Shown piece by piece: positions 24,986 through 37,813 of a DNA stretch of 64,000 nt. Position numbers and translations under genes: made by a program. Origin of the DNA: Podarcis cretensis (lineage: Eukaryota). Every line of letters starts with the position of its first letter. The stretch's first letter is position 1. The stretch spans positions 46,624,001 to 46,688,000 of the forward strand of contig OX638152.1 of assembly GCA_951804945.1 (NCBI GenBank). Direction: 5' to 3'. The notes below the pieces were generated by a model. That model searched no databases. It had not been told where the DNA came from and saw only the letters and a list, made by a program, of their open reading frames with translations.

Positions 24986-26249
24986 CACTGGTTTGGAGTG
25001 AATTGGACCGTGTTGGGTTTTGGGATGTTAATTTGAGATTCTTTGGATTTCAGCATTCAATCTCTTCACTCTAGATAGGTCCCGTCCCCCCCATAGAATT
25101 TTTTTTTTTGGGGTGGTTGTAGTCAATTTGTGGAAATTGTCTGAATTAATTATGAAGGAAAAGGTAGGGCAATCTTAATCCCTGACTCTCCCAAATTTAG
25201 TCAAATTACATCACTTGGAGTTTTCAAAGAACAGTAGGTATGGTGGCTATCACAAAAAGCTGACCTCCTTCTTGTTACTGTAACCCAAGCAGTGGAAATG
25301 ATAAAAATACATGGTATTATTTGCTAGAAAGTCATTATTTCCCTTTTCACTTCATAAATTCCTGGGATGCTTTGTAACCTTCTGTTTTTCCTCCAGTTCT
25401 TTTGCTGATTTTGTTGAAAGCTGAACGAATCCACCAGGTACAAATAACCTGGCTGTAGTTTTATTCTTTTCTTTCAGAGCCACAATTGCTTCATGAAAAT
25501 AGAAAAACTGTAACACAGCATTACAGGACTCTATATCATTTTGACTCTGATGGCCTGTTTCAGGTCAGGTATTTCGACAAAGAACTTTGGTGAGCTATTC
25601 GATGCTCAATAATAAGTAACAAATAGTGTGATTCAGTGAATTTGTTTTCCTTAGAAACGGCTGACTGCAGTCTTTTATTTGAAATGTTAGGTAAAGGCAG
25701 TGCTGCAGACAAACATTCCATGATCCTTGATATACTGAACAGATGACCTGGAGAAACTGCCTACCACAATGAAGGATATTATGGCTGAATTTTCCAAAAG
25801 CATGTTGTACAAAATATGGATGTGGATTCACATGACCAGACTAAACCACAATGCAACTTTTGCTCACAGTAGATAAAAGATTAAATGTTTTAACATATGC
25901 GCAAGCTGGAACTCAAACTATGCTTGCCAGCTCTTTTTGCAGGGAGATGATTGTCATCTTATGGAAAGGCTATCCAGTATAAACTCTTTCATTAAAATTT
26001 TGGAGGTGTTTGGAAAAGCTGAAATAGTGAATCTTAGTATTTTAAAGTGCTAGTGATATTGAAATTGTGTATAAATTAAAAGCCTACCAGCAGCCCCTTC
26101 CTGTGGCCAAACACTGTGATGCTTTGCTCTGAGTTTGTAGACTGAAAGCAACAGGTAGTTGCAGCAAACTTCCATGTATAAAAGAGGAGATAAGCAGCGT
26201 TCCCAACAGCAGCTGTTCCCTTGGCCAGTAGCTGGTGTCAGGCAGAAGA

Positions 26250-26640
26250 TCCGGGCATTGAACAGCAGCAGTTGCAGACCCGAGGGCTGACTGATATGAC
26301 AACCACAATTCCCTAGGTTGGAAGAGGGGTTGGCCCACGGCACAGCCACTAACTGCCTGTGCCATGTGCCCTTATCTGGCCTGCCCCACCTCCCACGCCA
26401 TACCTCCCCCTACCCAGAACCACCGTAACTGGACCTCTCCCTGCCCTCCCCAGCTCCTCTCCTCCCAGTCATATCCCACAAATGCCCTTACAACTTAATT
26501 AAAAACAATTAATACACTACAAAATAAATAAAAGGATATAAAAACAATTTAGAAGAAGAGGCCCTCTCTGCTGGACAGCAGAAGAAGTTCTTATGAAGCA
26601 GTCCACCCTGGGCCAGGTGGAGATAGGCAGCAGCAGGGCC
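26250..26640 (-). mobile_element. L2-type LINE 5' fragment (leader + start of AP-endonuclease domain)
   Basis: Minus-strand reading ..AVPWANPSSNLGNCGCHISQPSGLQLLLFNAR matches the 'GL.LLL.NAR(S)' first motif of the APE domain of squamate L2/CR1-group ORF2; similarity stops at about 26250. Confidence 0.65.
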
Positions 26641-27727
26641 CTCAGGATCTCAGGAGGGTGATTTGGTTAGTTTGTTCAATAAGCCATGGTTTGAGAATAC
26701 AGTAGTACAGACTGGGTCATAGTGTGTGTTAACAAGAGCACTCTATAGCTTGTTGCTGTGTTTAAATTAGAAATGCTTTATTACACATTACTGGTAGGGG
26801 AACAATAGTACTGGACAATTGCTACTAGTTTCAAAACAAACATGCTTTATTTCATAAAAATTAACATTTTACTATTGTCTCTTTGAAGAAGAATAAAAAG
26901 TCACCACTCCATTCACATTGCATATCAAGTAAGTGTCATTATGAAAACATCATTAATATGGAAATTGCAACACTTTGATTAGCACTTGCAGCCCCCTTTT
27001 GTAACAGAAAAAAGAGGAAGGAACTAACCAGATTGCAGCAATTTACATAATAAAAACCCAGTAGTGGCAGTGCCACCAGTAACTGAAACTAAAGCAGGCT
27101 ATCATGTCTTTTTAAACAGTTTAATGCAGTTTTTTAAATGTGCAGTACAAAGGAAAAGAAAATATTTTTCTTTAAACTGACAAACTAATTGAAAAGGAAA
27201 TAAATCATAGATGGATGGTGTCTTTTAGGATCATAGTCTCCTGTAAACTATGAGCCTAACAATGCGATGTAAGCATATTGTCATTTCCAAAATAATGTAC
27301 AGCCTTACCTTGGAGTAAATCCCATTAACTCAATGATGTTTAGTTCTGAGTAAATGTGAATGACATTGTGCTGTAACAAAATTCCAAGTAAAACAGCAAT
27401 CAGTCATATATTTCCTATTACAATCAACGCAACCCATGTTAAAATTTCAATAGGAATTGGATTATACATTCTGTACTCAGTTTCAAACTACACATACCAA
27501 GGAAATACTTAACTCAGGGTTTAAAATATAGAACTCTTGAGAATGGACCGTGTTCCTGAAGAACGTTTGTTGAAGATTGAAATTCACCTACTATTGACAT
27601 TGCCTTGATCTTGCTTGCTACCTACCTTACTTAGGAATGTAATACCTCCATTGTAAAATGTTTGTATCTTGATTTGTTTCCATATTGGGGTCTAGTTATG
27701 CCAAATTCATTCCTTTATATGTGACTA

Positions 27728-28094
27728 AAGGTAAAGGACCCCAGACGGTTAAGTCCAGTCAAAGGTGACTATGGGGTGCAGTGTTTATCTTGGTTTTCAG
27801 GCCAAGGGAGCTGGCGTTTGTCCGCAGACAGCTTTCCGGGTCATGTGGCCAGCATGACTAAACCGCTACTGGCACAAGGAGGGCCATGATGAGTGCCAGA
27901 GCGCACATAAATGCTGTTTACCTTTCCACTGCAGCGGTACCTATTTACTTACTTGCACTGGTGTGCTTTTGAACTGCTAGGTTGGCAGGAGCTGGGACAG
28001 AGCACCGGGAGCTCACGTGGATTCAAACTGTCAACCTTCTGATCAGCAAGCCTAAGAGGCTCAGTGGTTTAGACCACAGCACCACGTGCGTCCT
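27728..28094 (-). mobile_element. Sauria SINE, full length, moderately diverged
   Basis: (ACCTTT)n tail (AAAGGTAAAGG on +), core TTTCCGGGTCATGTGGCCAGCATGAC and GAACTGCTAGGTTGGCAGG, tRNA-like head; 14-bp TSD TTTATATGTG(A/G)CTA at 27714-27727 and 28095-28108. Confidence 0.95.
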
Positions 28095-30393
28095 TTTATA
28101 TGTGGCTAGAAATGTCATGAGTAACATATAGTACATTATAAATAAGTGTGGAAGACAGGAAGCACAAAGTAATTTATACTTCCTGTGTCCCTTCAGATCA
28201 CATTCGGAACTAGTTCATATGTCAATAGCAGGGGTTGTAAGAACTGCTATGACTTGTCTGTTTATACATTGCTCTGAACAGTGCTTCAAGAGAGCCTGTT
28301 ATATGGCATTGTAATTATTTCCGATGCCAGTATTGCTCTGCTCTGCCCACAATACCAGACCCACCCACATCATTAGTTTCCTTCTAATGCTGCCAGGAGT
28401 GTCACTGGCATGACCAAGTTACCATTCATGGCTTTTCTGGTAACATATGCATCAACCTTCAGTAATGTTCAAAACTGTTTCCCATTCTTTGCTTGTTGAG
28501 CACCGTGATAATAGGGATACTCTCCCAACAAATGCTTAAAAGATATATTTTTGAGCTTATGCTATAGAAGACTAGGAATCTGAAAGACAGTGAGAAAATA
28601 TTGTGTAGCCTCTGTGTTTCATGGGCCAGCTGAAGTAGAACAGTGCTAACAATACAATAAAAATTCTGCAAAGAAATTAATAAAATGTTCACAAAAAGGA
28701 AGTTAAAATACTACCGTTATTACTTGAAAGAATATTGCTAGGCTCAGATAGGGATCATAACTCAGTTAGTATAAGACACAACAGGGATCTACTAAAATTG
28801 ACTTACTTGGTGGCAAATTGTGTTTTCTACAGTACTATAGCCATTTTCTGCAGCTGGTTTCTATAAAAGTGGATTCATTAAAATTTAACTAAAGCTAATA
28901 TTAGTATAAGAGTTAAGAAAAGCAAGACAGATTTTAAAACATTAAAATTATAGTCTTGTTCATAGAGGAAATAGATCCAAGATTCAATAAAATAGAGTAC
29001 AGGGGACACCAAAGAAGAATTTAAAGTCATATTGGATTTGAAGGGGTGAAACATTTTAAATGGAGGGATGTGACCAAACAGTGAAATTTTGGTTCAAAGG
29101 GGATCTTTTGAAACAGAGTGTAAAATCTCAGTTGAGACTATGATTTTGCCTAATGGAACAGAGCTCAAATTAGCTAATTTGCTTCAAATTACCATGGTGT
29201 TTCAGAGATGTAATGATTCTGAAACTTGGGCAATGATAGATGCTTTATAATTTTATTTTTATCACATTGCAATGAGAAGATTAAAGTTGCTGGAACAGAC
29301 TAATATGTCTTTTTTATTTGTTTGCTAACCTGTAACCTGTCTTTCCACCAAATGGTGCTTAATACAACCACAAATTAAAAAGCACATCCACAAAACTGAT
29401 AAAAACACCCAGTTGAGCAAATTCCATCATATATGCAGCATATGGGGCCAACAACCTGTCTGAATAAAACAATATTTGCCTGCCAGTAGGAGCTCATCAT
29501 ATAAGTGACTTGGGGAGTTCCAGAGGTTGGAAGCAACCTCCAAGAAGACTTTCTCTCATGTTCCCACCAACTATGCATCAAAAGACTCTCTAGTTCAGCA
29601 TCCAGTTTCCCACAGTGGTCAAGAACGCTTAGTAGCATGAAGGCAACATCTCTTTTTCACCCTACATTCAAGTACCTGGTATTTTGTGGCCTTTGAATGT
29701 TTACGTGTCATCACAACAGCCATTGGTAGACCTATCCCATATGAATTTGTTTAATCTTATTATAAGAAAGGGACAGTCTGAAATAGCATACATTGAGTGG
29801 CTCTATTTTGCAGGAAAGGCCTTTCCCATTATCCCTGTCTATACTTGCTGGGCCTGATAAGAGCCTAACAACACTTTGAAAGCACTATGTTGGCTATTGC
29901 CCACTCCAGCCTCATAACTCACTAGCTTCTCCTTTGTCATATGTTTTACATCAAAATAATTGTTCTTATATAAATATCCTGAATTTTGACAGAAGGAGTA
30001 ACAGATCATGTTCTTTGGAGCCCCATATTGCTTCTCATTCAAAAGCTCACAATCCCAATGAGTTCCACCTAAAACATTGAAACAAAAGGAAAGACGGTGC
30101 AGGACCTAGTCAGTTTTCTTTCTGCATTTAGAAGTTTGCCGCTTAGTCAGCTAAAGAAACAGGACAGATTGGTTTTGACAGAGCTATCTGCTCAGATGTT
30201 ATAGACCCGATTTATATAGGCTTATTCAATAGCATTTGAATCTCTAGTGAATTGTTTTATACAGCTTCATTTGTATGTGTCCTAGTACATTTGTAGTTGT
30301 ATTTAGTGGCTTATTGGATGGATTACCTTTTGAGAGAAGCCAAATGAAATGACAACGATCCCTCCCCCCCTTTTTTGTGTTCAGGACTCTCAC

Positions 30394-30396
<3 letters not shown>

Positions 30397-30436
<40 letters not shown>
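30397..30436. repeat. (TA)n microsatellite
   Basis: perfect dinucleotide run. Confidence 0.99.
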
Positions 30437-30438
<2 letters not shown>

Positions 30439-31013
30439 CACAATATTTAACTAAAATCTTTATCCCAAAATCAGAATAAATACTATTTCTGTGGATTTAG
30501 CGTACTTGTGGATTTAGTGCATGAAAAGGAAACGAGAAAACCCAAGATGTCTGATCCTGTTTTACTTTCTCAAGAAAGTCCCTCTATATTGTCACCATCA
30601 CGTCAGGCAAATCCAACATAATTATCAGTTAATCTAAAGCAGCAATGCAATGCAGCTTACATTGTTTTACTATTGAACACAATGGAACATCTCAGTAGAC
30701 CTGCGTGGAATTACATAACACAAGGGGCTGTTCTACGTATTAAGGCTGCTGAAGGAAGACCAGTACAAATACCAAAGTTCCCATCTGCAAACACTTAATG
30801 GTGTATACAGTACGTGCACTTTTTTATTACTACTAATGCAATATATAGAAAAATATGAGAATAACAATTAGAATATATTGATTGAAGAAAACTACATATA
30901 AAGCAGCCAGACAAAAGCATAAGTGACTAATACATCAATTAAAAGCTAACAGACAAAAATATAGTATCCAATATTTATAAACAGATATGTTCATAACAAT
31001 GCATGAGGCTATA

Positions 31014-31228
31014 CAGTGGTACCTCGGGTTAAGAACTTAATTCGATCCGGAGGTCCGTTCATAACCTGAAACTGTTCTTAACCTGAGGTACCACTTTAGG
31101 TAATGGGGCCTCCTACTGCTGCAACGCAATTTCTGTTCTCATCCTGAAGCAAAGTTCCTAACCTGAGGTACTATTTCTGGGTTAGCGGAGTCTGTAACCT
31201 GAAGCGTCTGTAACCCGAGGTACCACTG
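31014..31228. mobile_element. Tc1/mariner-superfamily MITE (subtype A)
   Basis: TIRs CAGTGGTACCTCGGGTTA / TAACCCGAGGTACCACTG, TA TSD. Confidence 0.95.
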
Positions 31229-31458
31229 TATAGTAATAATTAAATTTGGCATTCCAAAAGGCTATGAGAATTTACCAGTGTGGCTACTTCTCATACATAT
31301 CCTATAAAATCAGTCAGGAAGGGAAGAGAAGGAAAATCCCTTCCATGTATCCCTAGCAGCCGCTGCCGGAGACAAATGCCTCACTCTGCCTAATGGTAGG
31401 GCCCCCCTGATTTTAATAGCTGCCTTATCTACCCAACCCTATATGTAAAAAAGACAAA

Positions 31459-31547
31459 GGCTGCAATTATATACATTCTTGCCCAGGAATAAGCCCCATT
31501 AAACTCAATGAGACTTGATTCTGGGTAGATGTGTATAGCATCGCACT
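31459..31547. mobile_element. short old palindromic MITE-like repeat
   Basis: GCTGCAAT..ATACA..CCCAGGAATAAGCCCCATTAAACTCAATGAGACTT..TCTGGGTAGATGTGTATAG..TCGCA; related decayed copies near 14160-14248, 27298-27373, 39175-39260, 40310-40395 and 62038-62124. Confidence 0.6.
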
Positions 31548-33844
31548 ATTAAATTACCCTCCCCTGCTTTTGAATAAAGGTGCATAGAACCACACTGTGT
31601 GGTTTATTTCTGGGGGAAGTTCCATACATTAAAACTGCTGCCAGAAGCACTAATGCTACACTCGTGTTTCCATCCGCAAACCCTTAAAGCCTGGAAGTAT
31701 AGATGAGTATAGATGTATCTTTAAAAGCCAGTGAATATGCATATGGGACAACAGATTTGGAATTTGAAAGGAAGATTAAACTGGCAGCTCTTTATTTGAT
31801 GGCCTCTTTACATTTGAGGGCAAGACAAAGAGACATTACAGTACACGTGAAACAACCCTGGTTTCAACAAAGCCAAAGACATGGGGTTAGACGACAGACA
31901 GATTTCTGCAGCCACATTCCCTTTCAGTATGAGTATATATTTTCAACTATATAATTAGCTGTGATTCCTCCTCATTTACCCTGTGTTTCATTGAAACGAA
32001 ATAATATTATTGTCAACTCCATAAAAGCAGATACTGACACCCTGCTCAACAATGCTATGGAGCAAAGTGTTTAGACAGGATCATGCTATTTTGCGAGGAG
32101 GGGAATGAGGGAGGTGTTATGCAAAGGGGGAACAAAACAGCTAGTTGCTGGGCCTCTATTGCATATATTAAATTGGCTGGCAGTACATTTCAGCAAGGAA
32201 GCCAAGCCAGCTCAAAGGCCTACCCTATAACCTCTAATCTTAGGGAGCTGAACTCTATTATTTGCCATTAAAATGAAAGGATGCCATGCTGAAACAGATG
32301 TCTTCAGCAGACACGTTCTCATTACAGATGAAGTTTAGGCAAATGGAAATTGAGCCACAAATTTTATTTTGTAGATTATGGGTCTAAAGAGCTTTGTGGT
32401 TGGGCCTGGCATTTAAAAACATGAATTAGAAAAGCTCTCAGAAAACCAAGCACTAATTAATGGCCCAGCAGTTCTGCTGAATCACAATGTAGGAACGAGG
32501 GAGGTTGTGAAAGGAATAGTTTAGCAATAACCAGATACTCCAAACACCGAGGCACCAGGTCACACAGTGCCTGACACTGTTTAGTGGGTCCATGTTGTGC
32601 ATCTCAATAAAGCATTTTAATTAACTTGGGGGCATGTGAGACAGTGGCTCTCTGAAGAAAATCTTCCAGAAGACCTTTAATAAAAGCGAGCACAATGTGA
32701 TATGAGAGTTTTATGAATACATGCCAGTGCAGGTGTTTGAGTGAAAATGAGGGGATTTAAGGTGATCTCTGTATTTATGACAGTTCAACAAAAAAAGGCT
32801 AGAAACCAGAGGCAAAGTTGTTTTAATGACGCCATTTAAAGCTGGTATATCACATTACTATGAAACTGCCCTCTTTGACTTTAAATGCCTAATATAAAAC
32901 TACAAACATTAATATCTGGATGTATTTTCATGTGCCTCTAGCACTGGATTAGAGAGTCTGAGCTCCAGAGTTCAATGACATGCTCCCCCTACATTTAACA
33001 AATTGTTTTCAAACGTGCTTGACAGTTAAATGAACTTAATCATTTCAATAATATCCATCTCTGCCTGTGGGCTCAGTGGGAAACAGAACTTAAATATATG
33101 GTTCATGTTTTGTTTTATGAACTTTTCGGGAAAGAATTTGCCTCTCCACTGATTTGCAAAGGGCTTTCCCCCCTGTTATGCTTAAATGGAATTTACCGTA
33201 ACTTCTAAAGAATTCCTCTTCTTGGCATGGAAATATGTTTGAGAATTTGCAAAAATCTGGATTGGAATATTTTCATAAATACTTATTATATCATTTGTAT
33301 GTGTGTGTGATATATGTGTCTGCTTGAGCTTTCCAGCACAACTCATTGCAGTGATATATTGCTTTGTGATGGCATTTGCAGTGATCTATAAAACCTAAGT
33401 CGTATCCATACCATACGCTCAAGCACATTTAGAGCACATCACTTCCATCAAATAATCCTGTGAACTGTAGTTTGTCAGGATGCTGGGAATTATAGGTCTG
33501 TGAAGCGTAAAACACAATTCTCAGGATTTGCTGGGCATGGTGGGGGTATGGAATTTGCCCCCTCCCTCCACTCATCCTTACTTTTTTCTTTTCCAGAAAA
33601 ATATCTGGGTAGAAAGGCACAAAGAAACCATAATTGCATGTTTATTTCAAATTATCTTGTTTTTTTCATTTTAGAGAGAAACACAGTGCAAGTGGTTATG
33701 CAGACAGCATCAAAACTCAGATAATGCTGAGGATAATAGCCATTTTAAGAGAGGCAATTTGCAGTCTGATCCAATGCATGCCTCCACTTCTCTTTCCAAA
33801 GCACTTTTACAAATAGGGAGAGGGATGCAAAATCTGCTAGGGAT

Positions 33845-34158
33845 CAGGGGCATACGAAGGGGGGGCAGAGGGGGTGGTCCACCCCGGGTGCCTTTGGGGG
33901 GGTGACAATATGGCCTGCTGCCTCCCCCCAGCTGTAGAGCGGTTCAGGGCACACACGCAATCAGTATGTGCGCCGCTTGTGCAGCGTCCGTACAGGCTGC
34001 CTCTCGCACGGCGACCATACAGGCTGCCGCGTGTGCACAGTCCATACGGGCTGCTGTGTGTACGCAGTCCGTATGGACATTGTGTGTGCACCACTGGGTG
34101 GTTTGCCCCACCCCTTGCCGTCCTACCTCGGGTGCCAGAGAGGGTTCCTCCGCCACTG
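33845..34158. mobile_element. hAT-type non-autonomous element with internal 27-bp tandem repeat
   Basis: imperfect TIRs CAGGGGC.. / ..CGCCACTG; perfect 8-bp TSD CTAGGGAT at 33837-33844 and 34159-34166; GC-rich. Confidence 0.85.
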
Positions 34159-34980
34159 CTAGGGATCACCTTTGTAAGTGGCAACTTCAATTTAAAAGCC
34201 ACCAAAAGCCAAAACAGTTTATATGAAAGGTCACAACTGTAATATGTTTTCTGTGGAAGGATACAACTGGGCTAATCTACTGTTGGTTAATCATAATTTT
34301 AAGGGAGGCAATTTGTAGTGTATTGCACAATGTGATCTGCATGGGTGGGGAATTCTTTTCATCCTGAGGGTTGCATTCCCTTGTGGGTAACCTTCTGGGC
34401 AGGGGAATTGCATGCCAGTAAGGGGGAAGGACTATAGGTAAAAAATGAGTGAAGCAACTGATAAGACTTTTACCTACATTACACCCACACAAAAGCCAGA
34501 GGTTTCTACACAGATGTACCTCTTCATCTAGGTAAGCCTGAGGCATTATCACAGTTTAAAGACACATGCATACACCACGCATCCTGGAAAAAATGGAACA
34601 TCCCATTTTCTTACTACCAGATAGAGAGGCCTGAAGCATTGCATTTTGCTCCTGGGCCTGAGGTTCTCACTCCTGCCCCCCCCCCCATTTATGACTGCCC
34701 ACTTAGCTACTGTTTTTAGAGTGTTTTGTACTGTACAATTTGACTAAAATTGGTGGAGTCAAAGAGTGGGCATTGTGGATTTTATTAGCAGTTCTTCTGG
34801 CTTTCCTCACATACTTGAAAAACTGTCCCCAAGATGGTCAGCTGAGTAGCTCTGGCTACCCTTCTTGTACAAGATGAACTTGGCTCTCCAGTCCATATAG
34901 AATGCTACTATAGTATTAGTCTAAGCCATACTCATATTATTGCACCTTGGTACATATGCACAATCATACACACTGTACAC

Positions 34981-35091
34981 CAGAAGTGGGAAACCTGTGA
35001 CCATTCAGAAGCTGGTGGACTCCACTGTTGTCCAACCAGCATGGTGAAGGATGCTGGAGTTATAGTCCTACAACATCTGGAAGGCTGCAGC

Positions 35092-35093
<2 letters not shown>
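34981..35093. mobile_element. hAT MITE remnant
   Basis: CAGAAGTGGGAAACCTGTG start; GGAGTTATAGTCC..ACATCTGGA internal motif; right end runs into (CA)n. Confidence 0.6.

Positions 35094-35128
<35 letters not shown>
35094..35128. repeat. (CA)n microsatellite
   Basis: perfect dinucleotide run. Confidence 0.99.
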
Positions 35129-35130
<2 letters not shown>

Positions 35131-35479
35131 CACAATGTAATCTTGTATCATTAATCTAAATGTTGTTGGTTGTGGTAGTGGGTGATCTACTTTTCTAATA
35201 ACAAGAGACGTTAGTATTTTTTTAGAAAACAAAGTTTGACAGAGCTTAACACTATAAAGTTTTGACTGTTGAATTCTTGAATGTTTCCAGTAACTTAACT
35301 CTGTGGGCTGTAAGCAGAACCATTTCTGATTACCGTGCTGCTTATACTGCAGACTAGTATAGTATGCTGCTTTTGAGTTGAAAATCGTTTCCAATTTGGA
35401 TGAGTTCATGGAGGTACTGCTTACTGTGGAGCAAATTTCAGCTGATTTCATACAGCTAAAAGAAATGCTTTCTTTCAAA

Positions 35480-35548
35480 ATCATAGAATCATAGAGTTGG
35501 AAGAGACCACAAGGGCCATCGAGTCCAACTCCCTGCCAAGCAGGAAAC
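35480..35548 (-). mobile_element. CR1 LINE extreme 3' end (~70 bp)
   Basis: near-identical reverse complement of the 3' UTR at about 2369-2437. Confidence 0.92.
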
Positions 35549-37670
35549 TTATGAGTAAAAATATTGGTAGCTGTAAAACAGAGTTTAAATATTGTTGCCT
35601 CATTTTCTAGCATTCTGCACTTCAGCCATCTGTATTCCAGCTATCAGTTGTGCATTTTAGTATGTCACTCTTTTATATCAAGGCCAGTTTGGGGGCTCTT
35701 GATGTTTTACATGGTTAGTTACTTCCTTGTAAGGAGAAAGATATTCCACAAACCACAGGAGTTTACTGCTAAGATTTTCACAGCTTGCTTGTACATGTTA
35801 GAAAAGATCAAACTGTTTTATATCTCTTCCCCCCAAAAGAAAAGAAAAATATCGGAAATGAAGGGATCTCTACTCTATTTCCACTCATGTTCAAATCTAT
35901 AAGAACATCAGAATGTGTTGCATCGTAAGGGAAGAGAATTGTATCATAGGGAGATAGTGTGATGTCATCAATATTTTTCTTGATGCCCCAGGTTAAGGAC
36001 TGAACAAATTGCTGTTATTTGTACTCCATGCTTGTAGGAGTCAATACGAACCTGTATATTCAGCATTTATTCAGCATAAAGTAGCAGAATGTCACATGAC
36101 CGATAAAGAATGATCAAAGGCTGAAACTAGCTGCCTGGTTACCTTTCATAGATAAGCTGAGAGATCGCTTTTCATTCATAGCCCTGAAAATACATACAGT
36201 AGACCTCGCTTACCCCCAGGAAACATACCAAGGGTAATCCTTGAACTGACTGAACAGGTTAATAGAACACTGCCCTTATTTTGGTATCACTTTCCCACTT
36301 ACTTTCATTATCAGTTTCCCCCTAGTGATTCTGAGACCTAAGCGTCTCTGTCCAAGTCCTCAGTGAAAACAGATACTCCATTGGAACTTCTGGAACAACT
36401 ATCACCTCACCCCCCTCTTTTTTCAATGCCATGAATAGAATGAACCTTGGGGGCAGATGGAGTGGTGGTTTATTGGCTGAAAACAAACACAGCCCTGTTT
36501 GCCTATTTAAAGAAGGGTGCAAGCAAGGTAGTGCTCAACTCGATCCTGCACACCAGTGTTTGACTTGAATTTTGGGGGCATCATGTATTTAAACTACTGC
36601 CTTTTGATACATTTTTTGGCAGCATGTGATTACGTTCCATAGAGTTAATTGATTTTCTCCAAACATTACTAAACCTGGATCCAACCCATAGTTCACCCAC
36701 CAACCCCTGTGCAGCACAGATTTCATTCTTTTAAAATTCTACCTTTTTTTACATATTTCTAAAACATATTGTGTGATGCTTTAGATTGAAATATTTAATA
36801 TTTGAATACTAAAATTTGGATTTTTAATGTGCTTATTATTTCACACCCACTGTCTTCCTGTGTTATGGATCCTTGCAGTTGCAATGAATTACTTCAAGGA
36901 AGGTTCACAGGATAATATAAATAAAAATTTATTCTCTGTGACCAAGCTATATTTTTCTAGGGGTTCTATCACGCAATATCCTGACATAGATCTGACAGCT
37001 GGCATCTCAACAGAAATACTGGCATCTTAAGCTTAAGCTCTTTGAGGATTTAATCTGTAAGCCTGAGATTTTGAACACCAGTCTTTGCTGTGGTTTCATT
37101 CTGTCACAGTCAGTACCTTGGTTTTGCTCTTCAGAGGAAAACAAAATAGATGCTCGGGCATCCTTCCCTTTTCATACTGATTTTTCAAAATCCACCACAT
37201 AGTTTCTAATGGGGTTTTCTTACCCTGATAAAGCTTTTCAATTGCATTTCCTTTAAAATAAAAGTGTCTGACATAAACACACTTTAAAAATAAACACAAA
37301 CAACCAATTATATAGTTTGGCCCTGAGTCTAGAAAAAACACTGGAGTAAGTTATGAAAGTTGTTCATGACATGACACATGAATGTTCATCAGCCTAGTTT
37401 GTAAAATATGCCCAGTCAGATGCTATAGTTATTTTGTCCCATCTAAACATCTTATTCTCAGTTATGGCCTGCTCCTTTGTGACTAAGACATCATGGGAAC
37501 ATAGGAAGCTGATTATACTGAGTCACACCACTGGTCTATCTAAGCATTTTTTGCATTTATCTGGTCCACATGTAATGCTAAGCCAAACCATTTCTTAGCC
37601 CTGGGTAGCGTAGCAGGACCAGAGAAGTCTTTGCACTGGTAACCTACACATTTGTTTTTTTGCTCTAAAC

Positions 37671-37813
37671 CAGAGCTTTCCAAACTGTGTGTCGTGACTG
37701 TGTGTTGGCTGCAGTGTTGCATGAAAGCTCCCCACTCTCCTTATGGGGCTGGAAAGGGGTTAGCTTAACCTCCGGTTTGCTAGTAAAACTAAATTACTGT
37801 GTTGCGAAATGAT
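37671..37813. mobile_element. hAT element, one-ended fragment
   Basis: CTCTAAAC target-like octamer followed by CAGAGCTTTCCAAACTGTGTGTCG TIR-like start; no second TIR seen. Confidence 0.55.

Noticed and set aside
25478-25563. Plus-strand exon candidate (strong acceptor; PQLLHENRKTVTQHYRTLYHFDSDGLFQ)
   Set aside because: Weak donors (GTCAGG or GTATTT), unrecognised peptide and no partner exons
33986-34093. Repeat array as CRISPR-like
   Set aside because: Contiguous tandem units without unique spacers, in a eukaryotic context with no cas genes
33837-34242. Five overlapping Cys/Arg/Ala-rich ORFs as a repetitive protein (e.g. corneous beta-protein or keratin-associated protein)
   Set aside because: Explained by a GC-rich 27-bp tandem array inside a TSD-bounded hAT element
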